From the NCBI GenBank assembly GCA_027324795.1, contig DAHVSB010000001.1, forward strand, positions 4,264 to 68,263: a DNA stretch of 64,000 nt, in the 5' to 3' direction. A model generated the notes under the pieces. It made no database searches and was not told the origin of the DNA. It worked only from the letters and a program-made list of their open reading frames with translations. This document shows, piece by piece, positions 61,528 through 64,000 of the stretch; the first letter of the stretch is position 1, and every line of letters starts with the position of its first letter. Made by a program: the position numbers and the translations under genes. This DNA comes from Alcanivoracaceae bacterium (GTDB lineage Bacteria > Pseudomonadota > Gammaproteobacteria > Pseudomonadales > Alcanivoracaceae).

Positions 61528-61992
61528 TTAACCCGCTGTTTCAGCTGCTTCTTGTAAAGCTTTCATTCGCTCAGCTTTATCCAAAGCATGCTGCACCTCT
61601 GGTGGTGTGTATTCTTCATCATGCTTAGCTAACACCTCATAAGCCTCAAAAGTGCCATCTTCTTGCAACATACCATTCGCCACTATGCCCTGCCCCTCGC
61701 GGAACAAGTCTGGCAAGATTCCACTGTAGTAAACAGTAAAGGTGCCAATACCATCGGTGACATCAAACTGTACTTTTAAAGTTTCAGAATCGCGACGCAC
61801 TGTACCATCCGCCACAATTCCACCCACCCGCATGTTTTTACCTACGGGTGCTTCACCGCTGACCACCTCTTCAGGGCTATAAAATAAATTAATATTTGAG
61901 GAGATGGCATATAGCAGCAATCCAATGGCGGCAGAAAAAGCCACTAGACCACCCACCACTAAAATCAAACGACGCTTACGTACCGGGTTCAT
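61528..61992 (-). CDS. ccmE: cytochrome c maturation heme chaperone CcmE
   Basis: MNPVRKRRLILV start at 61992. Membrane anchor, LAKHDEEYTPPE heme-binding His motif. Confidence 0.95.
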   Translation of the reverse strand: MNPVRKRRLILVVGGLVAFSAAIGLLLYAISSNINLFYSPEEVVSGEAPVGKNMRVGGIVADGTVRRDSETLKVQFDVTDGIGTFTVYYSGILPDLFREGQGIVANGMLQEDGTFEAYEVLAKHDEEYTPPEVQHALDKAERMKALQEAAETAG

Positions 61993-61994
61993 GT

Positions 61995-62174
61995 TTACTC
62001 CTGCATTGATTGACGGCGCCATAGCGCCTTAAGCTCGCGCTTGGTTTTATTGTAGCGCGCTTTTGCCCACCATGTATTAGCAACGAGCAATAACACGCCG
62101 CTAATAAAAGCGCTCCAAACGTAAGGGCCATGGCCACCCATGGCGATAAAATCTGCAAAGGTTTCAAATTGCAT
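61995..62174 (-). CDS. ccmD: heme exporter protein CcmD (59 aa, below the ORF-track cutoff)
   Basis: Hand translation: MQFETFADFIAMGGHGPYVWSAFISGVLLLVANTWWAKARYNKTKRELKALWRRQSMQE. It has the CcmD GG(H/Y)xxYVW TM motif. It overlaps the ccmC stop by 11 nt and ends 2 nt before the ccmE ATG. Confidence 0.85.
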   Translation of the reverse strand: MQFETFADFIAMGGHGPYVWSAFISGVLLLVANTWWAKARYNKTKRELKALWRRQSMQE

Positions 62175-63117
62175 TTTCTACCTCTCTACGCACCCAATTG
62201 CTGCGACGTTCACGCCAAAGGATTTCTGTGCGGGCGCGAATAAATACCGTCACTGCAAACAGGAAATAGGTACCAAACATACACAACAACAACGGCCACA
62301 GCATGCTTGGGTGGATTTGACTTTTAGCAGCACCAAACAAAGACATGGAGCCGCCTTGGTGAAGGCTGTGCCACCACTCCACGGAGTAGCGCACAATAAA
62401 CACGTTCACCACACCGACAATCGCGAGCAAACTTGCTGCACGCCCAGCTTGGCGCGGGTCTGGGATAGCGTTTTGCAGCGCAATAATACCCAAATATAAA
62501 AAAAACAGAATCAGCATAGACGTCAGGCGTGCATCCCAAACCCAATAGGTGCCCCAAGTGGGCTTGCCCCACACGGCGCCGCTAAACAATGAAATGGCTG
62601 CGAGCACAGCGCCAAAGGGCGCAATCGCTTTAATCATAATTTCAGCCATTTTTAAGCGCCACACTAACGCCACTACACCACAAAAACCCATGGCCATATA
62701 GCCCATCAAGGCACCGCTTGCGGCCGGCACATGCAAATAAATAATGCGGTAACTGTTGCCTTGCTCATAATGCGGTGGCGAAAATGCAAGCCCCCACACA
62801 ACACCAACGCCCAACAAAAAAACTGCTATTAACGTTAACCAAGGCAGCCACCAGCCGCTAATGCGGTAAAAATGTTGTGGCGAGCCTAGCTGATGGTACC
62901 AACGGACTAAGGTGCGCCAATACCAAGATGGCCTGTGAATAGCTCCAAAATAAAAACACCAACCGATAACATAGCTCGCCACCAATATCACAGTTTTATT
63001 GGCCAGCGGAACATCCCAAATATAAAACGCTAGAACCACGCCCAAGAGCCCCAGAACACTACTTATCAAGAAGTGTCGGGGGAACAAAGGCTGCTTATCT
63101 ATTTGTTTTTTACTCAT
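62164..63117 (-). CDS. ccmC: heme exporter/heme-handling protein CcmC with an N-terminal 2-TM extension
   Basis: WGKPTWGTYWVWDARLT (WWD motif), YLHVPAA. ATG 63117 (MSKKQ) lies 8 nt after the ccmB stop. Homology to E. coli CcmC starts about 70 aa downstream. Confidence 0.9.
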   Translation of the reverse strand: MSKKQIDKQPLFPRHFLISSVLGLLGVVLAFYIWDVPLANKTVILVASYVIGWCFYFGAIHRPSWYWRTLVRWYHQLGSPQHFYRISGWWLPWLTLIAVFLLGVGVVWGLAFSPPHYEQGNSYRIIYLHVPAASGALMGYMAMGFCGVVALVWRLKMAEIMIKAIAPFGAVLAAISLFSGAVWGKPTWGTYWVWDARLTSMLILFFLYLGIIALQNAIPDPRQAGRAASLLAIVGVVNVFIVRYSVEWWHSLHQGGSMSLFGAAKSQIHPSMLWPLLLCMFGTYFLFAVTVFIRARTEILWRERRSNWVRREVENAI

Positions 63118-63125
63118 GCTAAACC

Positions 63126-63794
63126 TTAATCGCCTGTAGAGATTTTCAATCCTTGAACAATCGCCCAAGGCCCCACGCTCAGAGTTAACGCAAGGATGGC
63201 ACCTAAAACGGCTAAAACGCCACTGATATCATCACCCGCCATGGCACGCTGAATCGCGCCCGCACCAAAAATTAGCACTGGCACATAAAGCGGCAAGATA
63301 AGCAAAGCCAGCAATACACCACCGCGTTGCAAGCCTACCGTTAATGCAGCTCCAATAGCGCCTATGATCACCAAGCTTGGGGTACCCAAGGCAAGAGAAT
63401 AGGCCACCGCAGGTAAAATTTCTGGGGGTAGTTGCAACATATATGCAAGTACCGGCGATACTAGAACCAACGGAAAACCAATAAGCAACCAGTGGACGCT
63501 TAACTTTGCTAATACCACCCAAATCATTTCCTGTGGGGCAACCAAAAGTTGCTCAAGCACGCCACTGGCTTCGTCGTCGCGAAATAGACTCTCAATAGAT
63601 AACAGCACTGCTAATAACGCCGCCACCCACAACACACCGGAAGCCATGCTCTGCAAGGTTTCCTCCCGCGGCGCTATCGCCAAGGGGAACAAAGAAACCA
63701 CCACCACAAAGAAAAACCACGCATTCACCAACTCGCTCGGGCGTCTTATGCTAATCAACCACTCACGGCGTAAACAAGCGAGTAACAGGCTCAT
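63126..63794 (-). CDS. ccmB: heme exporter permease CcmB
   Basis: 222 aa, six hydrophobic segments, position between ccmA and ccmC. 4-nt overlap with ccmA. Confidence 0.9.
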   Translation of the reverse strand: MSLLLACLRREWLISIRRPSELVNAWFFFVVVVSLFPLAIAPREETLQSMASGVLWVAALLAVLLSIESLFRDDEASGVLEQLLVAPQEMIWVVLAKLSVHWLLIGFPLVLVSPVLAYMLQLPPEILPAVAYSLALGTPSLVIIGAIGAALTVGLQRGGVLLALLILPLYVPVLIFGAGAIQRAMAGDDISGVLAVLGAILALTLSVGPWAIVQGLKISTGD

Positions 63795-64000
63795 TGTTTT
63801 TGCTCCTTGAAAGTGCCTAGCATAATTTGTTCGGAGGTAGCATCTACCTTGTGGTGAGAGGTATATATAACCAAACCACCTTCTTGAGCAAACTCACGTA
63901 GACGCTGCTCGATTAAGGCAACGCCATCCTTATCCAGTGCCGTAAAAGGCTCATCCAATATCCACACCTGCTTGCCAGGCAACCAAAGCCGCGCTAAAGC
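63791..64000 (-). CDS. ccmA: heme ABC exporter ATPase CcmA (C-terminal part only, runs off the window)
   Basis: The frame is open to the window edge: ALARLWLPGKQVWILDEPFTALD (Walker B / D-loop) and TSH (H-loop). Confidence 0.9.
   Translation of the reverse strand, partial: ALARLWLPGKQVWILDEPFTALDKDGVALIEQRLREFAQEGGLVIYTSHHKVDATSEQIMLGTFKEQKQ

Noticed and set aside
61976-62167. Track ORF of 63 aa in the ccmC-ccmE gap.
   Set aside because: It is in the wrong frame. The CcmD signature is in the overlapping 59-codon frame at 61995-62174.

Overview
A 64-kb chromosomal segment of a gammaproteobacterium, about 50% GC by eye, with Pseudomonas/Oceanospirillales-like gene order. I support about 67 protein genes, mostly on the minus strand. 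I saw no rRNA, tRNA, CRISPR array, transposase, integrase or phage genes. The core backbone, in coordinate order (nearly all minus strand), is thrH-cysB, rlmG, a MoxR-DUF58-TgpA module, then metZ-purF-cvpA-dedD-folC-accD-trpA-trpB-trpF-truA-fimV-(asd-like)-asd-leuB-leuD-leuC. Further along are rsmE, an OmpA-family porin, surE, an RND efflux pair, bfd/bfr, exbB-exbD-tonB and ccmABCDE (ccmA runs off the window). Accessory-looking parts are as follows. (i) At 55-2956, an operon of a MEST-like hydrolase, a PF10118-like 'metal-dependent hydrolase' and a second alpha/beta hydrolase. (ii) At 8.1-10.8 kb, a lipid cluster: MerR regulator, thioesterase, acyl-CoA-binding protein and acyltransferase. (iii) At 46.9-57.1 kb, a TetR-linked fatty-acid/ketone catabolic block whose last three genes (flavin monooxygenase, SDR, second PF10118-like protein) form a low-GC cassette. 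I found no recognisable defence or mobile system. The most novel observation is that both PF10118-like 'hydrolases' carry a conserved 3-His/3-carboxylate ligand pattern typical of di-iron oxygenases. Each sits among ester- and lipid-handling enzymes. Other points of interest: a CcmC with a roughly 70-aa, two-helix N-terminal extension; a ccmD gene missing from the ORF track; a HlyU/BigR-like two-Cys regulator translationally coupled to a YggS paralog; a MEST-like hydrolase with Asn at the nucleophile position; and an acyl-CoA-binding protein coupled to an acyltransferase. Start codons were refined by hand from homologous N-termini and Shine-Dalgarno (SD) spacing, so they are less certain than the stops. 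Non-CDS coordinates may be off by 1-2 nt.
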